A DNA stretch of 64,000 nucleotides from the human T2T-CHM13v2.0 reference genome, Homo sapiens, in assembly GCF_009914755.1 (NCBI RefSeq), contig NC_060941.1, one strand, 5' to 3'. The translations under genes were made by a program, and so were the position numbers. Below are positions 1 to 11,125 of this stretch, in pieces. The notes under the pieces were generated by a model, which saw only the letters and a program-made list of their open reading frames with translations, was not told where the DNA came from and did no database searches. How positions within the stretch are numbered: position 1 is the first letter of the stretch; each line of letters starts with the position of its first letter.

Positions 1-128
1 CTGACTAATTTTTGTATTTTTTGTAGAGGTGAGGTTTTGCTGTGTTACCCAGGCTGGACTTGAACTCCTGGCCTCAGCTCAGTCTTCCAAAGTGCTGCGA
101 TAACAGGCGTAAGCCTCCGCACCAGGCC
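1..128 (-). mobile_element. Alu fragment (left monomer)
   Basis: tttttgtatttt...caggcgtaagcctccgcaccaggcc. Confidence 0.85.
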
Positions 129-591
129 AGCTCAGTGAATTTTTATGCACATACACATACACATCTATACCTACCATTCAGATCAAGATATAACACATCT
201 CCAGCTCCCCTTCATGAATGCACCAGTTGATGAAAGTTCATTCATGCTCCTTCCTTGTCCATCCCCTGCTTCAGGAACCAGTATTCTGATTCATTTTGCC
301 TGTTCTTGAACTTCATAAAAGTGGAATCACATAGAATGTACTCTTGTGTCTGGCTTTCTTAGCTTATTGTTACAGCCAAGAGAGGTACCATACTGCTGAA
401 TGTATTATTAATTTCTTCTTTTTCATTGCTATGTAAATTTATTTGATAGACATTAGGGTTTTGCAGACATTTTGTTGCTACCTTTTATCATAATGTCTAC
501 AAAATACTTATGCTAACATCCAATTTAGTGGTAAACTATTGAATAATTTTCTTCTGAGTTTGAAAACAAGACAAAAATATCTACTACTGTC

Positions 592-902
592 TGAGTGCGG
601 GTGACTCATGCCTGTAATCCCAGCACTTCAAGAGGCTGAGACAGGTGGATTGCTTGAGCCCAGGAGTTCAAGATCAGCCTAGACAACATAGCAAAACCCT
701 GTCTCTGCAAAATAAATAAATAAATAAAATAGAAATTAGCCAGGTGTGTTGGAGTGCACCTGTAGTGCCAGCTACTCAGGAGGCTGAGGTGGGAGAATCA
801 CTCTTGCCTGGAGGTCAAGGCTGCAGTGAGACACAGTGGTGGCTCTGCACTCCAGCCTGTTGACAGAGCAAGACTCTGTCTCAAAAAAAAAAAAAAAAAA
901 AA
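592..902 (+). mobile_element. Alu (AluJ-like)
   Basis: Dimeric Alu with poly(A) tail. Confidence 0.9.
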
Positions 903-1099
903 TTCTACTATCAGCAGTTCTATTCAATACTTTACTAAGAGACCTGAGTTCTGGCCCTTACCCCTGCCTCTAACTACCTAGGGACCTTGAATAAGTCAAT
1001 TAACCACTCTGCTTCTTAGTTTCATCATCTTTGAAAATAACTAGATAATGCTTAAGATCCCTTCTGCATATCTAAGTTCCAAGTAAATGCACCTTTTTT

Positions 1100-2310
1100 A
1101 AAAAATGTGATACCACAACATGGATGAATCTTGAAAACATTATTCTAAGTGAAATAAGCCAGACACAAAAGGACTTTTTCCACTTACATAAGGTATCTAG
1201 CATAGTCAAATACACAGAGACAAGCTAGATCAACTAGGAGGAAAAAAGAGAGAAGACTCAAATAACTAAAATGAGAAATGAAACATTAGTACTAATTTTA
1301 CAGAAATCAAAAGATTATGACAGTGCTTTGAACAATCCTAAACCAACAAACTGGATAACCTAGATGAAACGGACAAATCCTAGAAATACATGCTACCAAG
1401 ATTGAATCATGAAGAAACCAGAAAATCTAAATAGACCTATAGTTTTAATAAGGAGATGGAATAAGTAATCAAAATAACTCCCAACAAATAAAAGCTCAGG
1501 GCCTTATGTCTTCATTGATGAATTCTACCAAACAATTGAAGGAGAATTAACACCAATCCTTCTCCAACTCTTCCAAAAAATTGAAGAGAAGGAAACACTT
1601 CCTAACTTATTGCATGGAGCCCTAATACCACAGACACAGGCATTACAAGAAAACTGCAGACCAATACCCCTGATGAATATTGACACAAAAGTTCTTAACA
1701 AAATATTAGCAAACTGGATTTAACATCATATTTAAAAGATTATATTGAAAGAATGATCCAGAGTAATTAGGCAAGAAAAAGAAATTAAAGGTATCTAAAT
1801 TGGGAAGTAAAAAGTAAAATTGTCTGTTCACAAATGGCATAATTGTATATGTAGAAAACCCCAAAGAGTCCACAAAAAAAACTGTTAGAATTAACAAAGG
1901 ATTTGGCAAAATTCCAGGACACAAAATAACACAGAAAAATCAGCTGCATTTCTATACACTAAAAATGAACAATTGGAAAAGAAAATTAAGAAAACAATTC
2001 CATTTACAATAGCACCAAAAAGAATAAAATACTTAGGAATTAACTGAGGGAGTGAAAGACTTATACACTGAAAACTACCAAAATATAGCTAAAAAATTAA
2101 AGAAGACACGATTAAATGAAAAGACATTCAGTGTCTTTTCACTGGATTGGAAGACTAATGCAGTTAAGATCAATGCAATTCCTATCAAAATCCCAAATGA
2201 TATTTTTTGTAGAAATAGAAAAATTTATTATAAAATTCATATGAAATCCCAAAGGACCCTGAATAGTCAAAACAACTCGAAAGAGCAGAACAAAGTTGCA
2301 GGTTTCACAG
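1100..2310 (+). mobile_element. Old L1 fragments (3'UTR piece plus degenerate ORF2)
   Basis: A-rich; remnants such as KDLYTENY and INAIPIKIP typical of L1 ORF2; many stops and frameshifts. Confidence 0.85.
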
Positions 2311-2324
2311 ACATTTTTTCCACC

Positions 2325-2510
2325 ACTGTGTGACCTTGGGCAAGTTACTGAATCTCTCTGTTCCCAAGTTTCCTCATCTGTAGATGAGGATAACAACATC
2401 ACCCACATCATAGGGCTTTTATGAATATCAAATGAATAAGGATATGGAAAATGCCTACAACACAGACTGAAACATAGTAAGTACTATATACAGAATAGCA
2501 GCTATTATTA
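2325..2510 (+). mobile_element. MIR
   Basis: tgtgaccttgggcaagttact...tttcctcatctgta core. Confidence 0.8.
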
Positions 2511-2511
2511 A

Positions 2512-5346
2512 TTTTTTATTAACATTACTCCCTGGATGGCTGGGGGAGCCTAGAGAATTTCTGCAGAGATATCTGGCTCCCTTGTAGGTGGTTTAGCCAA
2601 GTGGTACCCATTTCTGAGAAGCATATTTTTTCTAGAGTCAAGTCAAGACTTAGAGCCAAGTGCCAAGAAAGAAAATTAGCCAGAGGGCTGAATCACTTGA
2701 CTCACCTGGACAGGGAAAGCCCCACATCTGCTATGCTCAGACCTGCACAGGGTGCCGCAGAATGCACCAGTTTAATAAACTGGGGAAATTGGGGAGCTTG
2801 TTTCCTGTCCTTTGACTTGACTTTGGCAGCAAGGGGACAGCCCCAGCCCTTGCTTCCCAAAGCCAACTCATGCCCTTCCATTGACCACAAAAGAGCACAC
2901 TGTCCTAGAGACAAGACTGTTACTCACCACCGCTGCCATTCACCTGGCACCCTAAGAAGGAATCTGTGCCTTCCAAAAGACACACAGCTAAAAAGAATCA
3001 ATCACTGAGCTGTCCCCACAAGTGGAAACTTTCTCATTAAGAAGGCTGGAAGCAGGAGATGGAGTGTCTGCATTTAATTCTGTACCCTTTCCTTGTGGGA
3101 AGCATTGGTTGTCAATCCAGAGAAGCTGGAATCTTCCCTGGGAATCGCCGACAAGAGTGATAGGGGTCACTGTGATTCTAAACACTCCCTACAGGCATTT
3201 GCAATGCAGTTCTCACAGCTGGTTGCAAAAGTACCAGAAGAGAGAAGGCAAGAAAACAAGGTAATTGAATTCCCCGGCAAATGTGAATTAAGAAAAGTTG
3301 CCTTTGTATACAAGGTTAAACACTGGAACTGGGCCAGCTTGTCAGCTGGTTCAGGAGGGCAAGCCCAGGGCCAGGACATTTGCCTTTGAGCACAGGCCAC
3401 TTGTACAGGTCTGGCTGTTTGCCACCATCCCAGCAGGACCACATTCCAGGTGGAAATTGCCAAAATGTGCACACTGAGAATTTCCAACAGCTGAAGCTCC
3501 TCTTCAGGCCGTGAAGTCAGTGCTAGTCCTTGTGGCAACTCTAGCCAAGATCACCCTGGTTTTTTTACTTTCTCTCTTGAGAGCAGCACATAGAGGTAAA
3601 TACAGTATTGAGCAACTAGTGGAAATAGAAGGCATGGGGGTTTTCTGGTGGCTGACTCAAGCTGGCTTGTTTGTGTTACCTGTATCAGCCGTGACTCTCA
3701 AATCCATCTTTCTGAAACTCAAGTCATTGTGAGCAACCACCTCTCATCCCTGAACCAAAGTCAAAAATAAATGTGACATGGGATCAGGCGTGGACGCGGG
3801 AGCTTAATTATAAATTGACTGCTCTCCCGAGAAGAAACGTCACTGATTCGAGCTTTCATGATTTCATGGTGAGACCTAAACCATTTTTGCTTCTGCAAAA
3901 CCGCAGTCAAAGACATCTCTGAACAAGTTACCCCAAGTCTCTTACATGAGGATCTACGAAATCTAATTTTCCAGAAATGTAATGCCAAGTGAATGTTTGC
4001 TTCTCCAAACAAAAATGCTGCTTGTCAACAAGCAAACAAACAAAATGCTGATGCTGCTACTTCTTGGTTTTGTTCTTACTCTTCCTTGAAAATCAGGTGA
4101 TTAAATTTACATGGTCCACCATTTCTCTTTTTGCCTTGAGTGCTAGGAAGCTCAGAGTCAAATTTCATGCTCAAACTATTTGTCCACATTCCTGATAGAA
4201 TATTTCCCACTTTGCCATTATGAGGCTTCCAGTCTCTTTTTAAATGCTTCATGGTCACCGTATTTTAAGTTGTAAAACCCCTCATGTCCTTTTTAAATAA
4301 AGAGGCAGAATAAAATTAATTACTTAACTGGTTTAATCACTTAAACCTGACTTGGGGTTAAGCTCCAACCATGCTACTTAAAATAGAATTGAGCACCTAA
4401 TGCTCCTGAGACCTTGGTAACAGCTATTGTTCAGAAAGAATTGGCTCTGGGTAGGGTTTGGGTTACTGATTTGAATCTGTTTTCTTGGAACTAATTTGAA
4501 TTGATTGGTGAGGCTGAGGGACGGTCACTTCCTACACTCCTTTATTTGAAAGGATTATGTTTTTGTATTATAGCCAGGGAGGCAGGCAGGTGCAGTGACT
4601 CAAAATAATCTTCCTTGCTCTCAGCAAAGCACTTCACACGGCTACATACATCCATGTTCTTATCTTTCAGCCGAATTGTTACAACAAATACCAGCCCTGC
4701 AAAAATCTCAACAGAACAAAAGATCCCCAAGTCCTGGGAATTAAAAGAGATCCACTTATTAGAACAACTGTTCTCCTGCTTTGTTAACTAACAAAGCAGC
4801 AGAACAATTACAATACTTGGATTGCACTCAGGATTGGTTAAAACAGGTTTACACCTGGTTTATGAAATAAGTAAACATGGGTCGTGTTCACAATGTTATG
4901 TTAGGGCCCACTATTTGCAAAATCAATCAATTGCCATCTATTCAGTTAGAACCCTGGATTAGTTGGAATTGTGCAAGTTGCTGGTACCAAAATGGAGTCT
5001 CTTATGTCAAAACTCTAATAAAATGGAGTTGGGGGCATGAAAGAAGGAGCTCTCATATGCATATCTGTACCCTGTCTTATCACAAGAAATTCCTACACAC
5101 CCCACATGCCCCACTTGTCCCACATAGCATACATGCCCTGCATGTACCCTATAACAGCTTATCAGAAGAACTTTCTCAATATTGCAGTATTTTAGGTGAG
5201 CTGGCTACACCAGGACACTTAGCTGACAATGGCTGTCACCACCAATGAACAAATGCCAACTCTGTCATGAGCTTCTGTGATCTATGGACTTTGTTTCAAA
5301 GCAATTTATGTGGACTTCTTTTTGTCTTTCAAAGACTCTCCTTTGC
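2512..5346 (+). repeat. Left (donor) arm of ~2.83 kb near-perfect inverted repeat
   Basis: Reverse complement of 11300-14135; mirrored ORF pairs sum to 16647; I found 5 substitutions and 1 indel in the core plus 3 mismatches at the outer edge. Confidence 0.98.
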
Positions 5347-6660
5347 CCCAATACTCCTGGATATGTTTATGATCAATCATAGCCCACATATCCTGAGCTT
5401 GCAACCCCTCACTATTCGCAAATAAACACATTTGTTCTGGAGAGCCTATCCCTTTGAGTTTAATTTTAGGTTTATATACAATGATGTCAAAAGTGGAATC
5501 CAAAGCAAGCTTCACCTCAGACAGATTGGTGGCCCCCAGGACTATGTGCTGTACCCACCAAGCCACTTGCACGCCCCACTTCCATGAGTTGTCGCTTTGC
5601 CCTGGTCAGTCTCCTCTTGAATTTTGGTTGCTCCTGAATTTCGGTTAACTTTATTCAATATCTGGTTCTATAAAAGCCTAAAGGTCATCATCCTTCTGGT
5701 TTGACCTGCATGTCTGGCTTACAGTTTTGGTGAGTTAGATTTTTCTTATTTCTGAACATCTTCCAAGGGCAAAATAACATAATCAGGGGCACAGGTCAAC
5801 ACTGTTTTGGCTTTCTATCTACCAGGGCATACAGCTTATTAGGCCTGCCTCTGCAGGTGCCCGATCAAAAGGTTGGCAGCCCCCAAGAAAATGGCTGGAC
5901 AGAAATGTGGATTGCACCACATTTGTGGTGAGTATATTTATAAAGTTTTTCCTTTTGCTCTTGGGAAATTAATAAGAAGGAGAATGGAATCCCCAAATTC
6001 TAAAGCTTGAAGAGATAGTCCTTCTTTAGGGACTCCAGCTGACTACATGTTCAAACATTGTGGCCCTTTCTCATGCACATTTTTAAGCCAATAGGCAAAT
6101 TACAGCAAAGATAGTTTTAAAATATAATGGCTATCATCTAGAATGTTCCATATGAACAACAACACACTTTAAGAAGTACATTTAAAAATTAGGGCTCCCA
6201 AATTAGGCTATCTAGAGGTGTCTATTGATGTGCAGAAGCTTCTAAGAAGATTTCAAAATTTTTTATTGTCTCTTTAAAAAGACTTCTTACAGACAGCAAA
6301 TAAAAAATTTAAGTGACTAATTGGAAAAAAAAAAAAAAGGATACAAAGGAGTATAATGGCTAACATTAGAGACTCCCTTAGCAGATCCCTCATAGGAGCA
6401 TGCAGGCCCCACCCCACAATGTGGAAATAAAGGGAAAGAGTTCCTTCAAGGGAAATTCCAGCTTTGTCTAAAAATCTTCCCTTAGCAAGATTTTTAAAAG
6501 CTGAAATCAGAGCAAAGTTAAAGTTATTTAAACCCACCATAAATTCCTTTTCTCTGTAAATTCCTTTGATTCAGGAGAAAAACATTTACAAGAACTTGTT
6601 TAAATTATTTGTGCATTTGAAGCATTGTAAGAACTTCTTGTTTGTTTGGCCCTCTCTCTT
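4970..6660 (+). mobile_element. MER67-like ERV1 LTR (~4970-5480) followed by MER4-group internal remnant
   Basis: ctggtaccaaaatggagtc start, AATAAA ~5421, degenerate tRNA-Leu PBS tgatgtcaaaagtggaat at ~5482. Confidence 0.65.
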
Positions 6661-6681
6661 AAGCTAAAAAGGAACTATGTA

Positions 6682-8190
6682 CAATCATGGGTCACTTAAT
6701 GGCAGGGATATTGTATTCGTCCATTCTCACACTGATAATGAAGTTATACCCCAGACTGGGTAATTTATAAAGAAAAAGAGGCTTAATGAACTCACAGTTC
6801 CACATGGCTGGGGAGGCCTCACAGTCATAGCAGAAAGTGAAGGAGGAGCAAAGGCACATCTTACATGGCAGCAGGCAAGAGAGCATGTGCAGGGGAACTG
6901 CCCTTTATAAAACCATCAGATCTTGTGAGACTATTCACTATAAGGGGAACAGCATGGAAAAAACCTACCCCATGATTCAGTTACCTCCCACTGGTTTTCT
7001 CCCGCAACATGTGGGGCTTACGGGAGCTACAATTCAAGATGGGACTTGGGTGGGGACACAGCCAAACCATATCAGATATGTTCTGAGAAATGCATCATGA
7101 GGTGATTTCATTATTGTGCAAATATCATTGAGTGTACTTACATAAACCTAGATGGTATAGCCTACAGCATACCTTGGCTATATGGTACAGCCTATTGCTC
7201 CTAGGCTACAAACCTGTACAGCATGTGACTGTACTGAATACTGTAAGTAACTGTAACACAATGGTAAGCATTTGCATATCTAAACATAGAAAAGGCACAG
7301 TAAAAAAATACAGTACAAAAGTTTTTTTCAAAGGTATACCTGTAGAGGGCACGTACCATGAATGGAGCTTGCAGGACTGGAAGTTGCTCTGAGTGAATCG
7401 GTAGGTGAGTGGTGAGTGAAGATGAAGGCCTAGGACATTATTGTACACTACTGTAGATTTACTGTACATTTAGATGACACTAAATTCATTTAGAATTCCT
7501 TTCTTCAATAATAAATTAACCTTGGCTTACTATAACTTTTTTACTTTATAAACTTTTTAATTTTTAAAAAACTTTTTGACTCATAATAACACAGCTTAAA
7601 ACACAAATACATTGCACAGCTATACAAAAATATTTTGTCTCTATTCTTATAAGCTTTTCTTGTTAATTCTTGTTTTTTTTTTTACTTTTTAAACTGTTTT
7701 ATTAGAAACTAAGGCACACCACACATTAGCTTAGGCCTACACAGTGTCAGGATCATCAATATCACAACTGCCTTCCATCTCCACATCTTGTCCCACTGGA
7801 AGGTCTTTGGGGGAACAATGTGCATGGAGCTGTCATCTCCTGTGATAACATACCTTCCTCTGGAATACCTCCTGAAGGACCTGCCTGAGGCTATTTTATA
7901 GTTCACTTAAAAAAATAAGTACAAGGAGTATACTCTGAAATAACAGTAAAAAGTATATTGTCATATTCACATAGTCAATAAAAATGATAGTTATTTGTTT
8001 ACATATGTATAGGAAATACACAAACCAGTAACATAGTCATTGTATTATCATTATCAAGTATTATATACCTTACATAACTGTCTGTGAGATATTTTTGTAC
8101 AACTGCAGCACGGTAGGTTTGTCTACACCAGCATCACCACAAACATGAGTAATGCATTGCACTTGGATGCCAAGATGGCTATGACCACAC
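6682..8190 (+). mobile_element. Tigger3-type DNA transposon, interrupted by THE1
   Basis: caatcatg...gggatat|gttctgagaaatgc...cctagatggtatagcctac resembles Tigger3b. Confidence 0.8.
6712..7074 (-). mobile_element. THE1 (MaLR) solo LTR
   Basis: Ends ggggacacagccaaaccatatca; 5-bp TSD GATAT at 6707-6711 and 7075-7079. Confidence 0.92.
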
Positions 8191-8501
8191 CCAGACCTGC
8201 AACGCTGCAGGTATTAAGACCAGAGGTGTCTCCCTACTGATCCCAGCAAGTCCATTTGTGTGAAAACAGACAGGGAGCTGCCAGAAGTTCAAATGTAGGA
8301 TTTCAAGTGCCCAGCCAAGTCATTGGCTCCCAGAATACATAATGAAAACCAACAACAAACAAATCGAAACAGCTCAGAAGCAAAGCAAAGTGCTATTGGA
8401 AAAGCAGCACCAGTGCTTTTGTGAGATTCAGAGATATAATCCCTGCCACCTCCAAAAAGAAGCAATAAGAACAATTATGTAAGATTCTTTAGGGCAAGGA
8501 C

Positions 8502-9269
8502 TGAGATAGAGCAGGGACCCCTCATAGGAGCCTGTAGGCCCCTCCCTGCAACATGGAAATAAAGGAAAAGAGTTTCTTCAAGGGAAACTCCAGGCACCTA
8601 GCTAGCCCTGAGAAGAAAATGAGTGACCTGATCATTAAGAAGGTAATAGTAGCTTAAAACTATAACCAAGGAAGTTAGAGTCACAAGATGTTCCCTGTAG
8701 AACATTATATTTATCCCTTTATCCCTAACGATAACGTCTTAACATACGTTTCTCTGAGTTGTTTTTCAGGTACCTGGACCCCTACCAAATGGATCCACTA
8801 GCACACAGGCCTCAGATAAGGGGGAACTGCGGATTGAACTCTGACCACTCCTCTTTCTTCTGAAGTTCTTCCTGAGGGACCTGGAGGAAATCATACCCAC
8901 AAACCAGAGCTTACATTCTTTTCTACTGACCCCAAATTTTTAGACAAAGCTTTGCTTCCTTAACCAATTGCAAATCAGAAAATCTTTGAATCTTTGAATG
9001 CTTTGAGACATCCCCCCTTTTTAGGTCAAAGCAATATATAGCCTCCATGTATTAATATGTAGTTGTGCCTGTAACCTCTGCCTCCCTGCCTTAAAAAACC
9101 CTTAACAAGCCATCGGGGAAGCCAGGTCTTAAGCATGAGCTGCTGGATTCTCCTTGCTGGGCACTCGCAAATAAACATCCTCCTTTCTCCCACTGCAAAC
9201 CTTGGTGTAGATGTTTGGACTTACTGTGCCAGGTGAGTGGTCAGTGGATCCCAAGTGGATTCAGTAACA
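8502..9269 (+). mobile_element. 5' LTR of provirus
   Basis: tgagatagagcagggacccc...tcagtaaca; direct repeat of 21469-22234. Confidence 0.9.
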
Positions 9270-9275
9270 ATTAGT

Positions 9276-9293
9276 TGGCAACTACAAAGGGGC
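9276..9293 (+). other. Degenerate primer-binding site (tRNA-Arg type)
   Basis: tggcaactacaaaggggc vs recalled TGGCGACCACGAAGGGAC, 14/18, just after the 5'LTR. Confidence 0.65.
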
Positions 9294-10244
9294 GAAAGTC
9301 CCAACCGGTGGCCTTGCCCATGGCACACCAGCCCCTGGCTGCAGCCACCCTTGGACCCTGTCCGGCAGTTGGCTGAATTATTTTGCTCAGGGATGGATCC
9401 ATGCATTTTATGCTTGACCAGGTGTCATGGGCCATGGCATTTTTACTTTTGTAGCATTAAAAATAAGGCACTGGGCTTGGAAGATGTCCTTCGTAAGTGG
9501 TAGGTTTGTGGGCAACAGCCCCAAGGTATTTTTTTCTTTGGACACTGGGTTCTGCTTTGGCAGGACAACTGACTTTGCTTTGGCAAGGCCCTGGGCCCTG
9601 CTTTCTTAGAGTATTTGGTTTGATTGGGATACTCACTAGAGAGCTGAAGGGATCCAGAACTTGAGAAACCATATTTGGTTTTGACTTGCTGAAAACAGAC
9701 TTGCTTGAAACTCTATCTGAAGCCTGGCTGAGGCAGCAAGGTTTTCATCACCTATGGTTTTGTCATCTAAAATGGGAAACACAAGCTCTATTCTACCTTG
9801 CAGCCCATTAGGGTGTATTCTGCAGAACTGGGCCATTTTTAGCTTTCAGCCCATGAAAAAGAAAAAGTTTTTTTTTTTTTTAATTGTAGTACTGCTTGGC
9901 TGCAATATTCTTTAGACTCTGGAGGAAAATGGCCTGAAAAGGGGTCCTTTAAATTGGACTCCTAAATTCAAAAAATAATTTTAGAGATCTCTTTTTCTAA
10001 ACAGTTGATGGGAAAATCAAATTTTAAAAAGGAAATGCAATAGCGTCATGGCTAGCCTTAAGAATTCTCTTGACTAAATTAAAGAACAAAAATATAACCT
10101 AAAACAAAGTTAAAAAATATTGCAAGCTAAAAACTACATGACTTAGATCTTCTCCAGGAATAACAGCAAAGACCATTCCATACTGTAGTCTAGCAGCTAA
10201 AGTTCCACCATTTCACTACAGCAGCTTGGGTTCAGTCAGGGAAC

Positions 10245-10823
10245 TGAAACCACCTTTGCAAAAATTATATCAATGAGAAAATTATGACAGTGAAAGAGAT
10301 CTGATCTAACCCACCCTCCTCTTTCATTTCCTTTAATCATTCCTGGGTTTAGGCCTAGCTAACTTTGGAAGACACTTAGGTTATAGGCCTTCCCCAGAGT
10401 TCAACCACCTTTGTAAAGCTAATAAGAGACCCTCAGTCTAGGGGGAGGAGAGAAGCCCAAATTCTGCTAAGGCATAGACATAAATGACTGTCAGCCATTA
10501 TTCCAGGGGTCCTGCAAATAGCATCACTATTGTAGAACCTAAGATTGGCCTTTTTATATATCTTTTCAGGCTTTTTGCATGTCTTCTATCCATGGCTCCA
10601 CCTAGACCTGCCAACTCCATTCCTGTGGCCCCACCCAGAAGCAACTCAGCTCAAGAGCCTTTGAAAATCCCCTAACCTACTAGCCTGAGATGAGATTGAT
10701 TTGAGTGCTAACTCAATCTCCTGCATGGCATGGCCAGCCTCATGTCAATTAAACTCTTTCTTTGCTGCAATGCTGTGGTCTTTATTTGTGCAGTGGGCAG
10801 GAAGAACCCAATGGAAAATTACA
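10245..10823 (+). mobile_element. LTR8-family solo LTR nested in provirus
   Basis: tgaaaccacctttgcaaaaatta...gaagaacccaatggaaaattaca; TSD GAAC both sides. Confidence 0.85.
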
Positions 10824-11125
10824 GAACAAGTCTTATTGATTTGATATTCATGTGACTTTTGCAACTTACTGATTCTTTTCCTTTCCAGGAACCGCTTTTG
10901 ATTTCCTGCCCTCTTCCATCTTAGAGGCATATGGACTTTGGGGGTCTTCGTGTTTAGATTCTCAGCTGAGATTCTAGAGAATATGGCCAAACAGAAATGT
11001 GGCTTGTACTCCATTTGTAGCTAGCAAAATTTTTCTTTCTTTGAGCTGTCTTGAGGGTGATTCTGGATCTTGTGAGCACTGATTTTCACCTCTTCGGAGA
11101 CCTCATGCAACTCTTGGTTGAGTCA

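Noticed and set aside
1225-2333. L1 ORF2-like coding sequence
   Set aside because: Fragmented and degenerate; not a functional CDS
5890-11030. Similarity between ~5890-5950 and ~10985-11030, and between ~6340 and ~10030
   Set aside because: Family-level homology between two MER4-group internal sequences, not a local duplication
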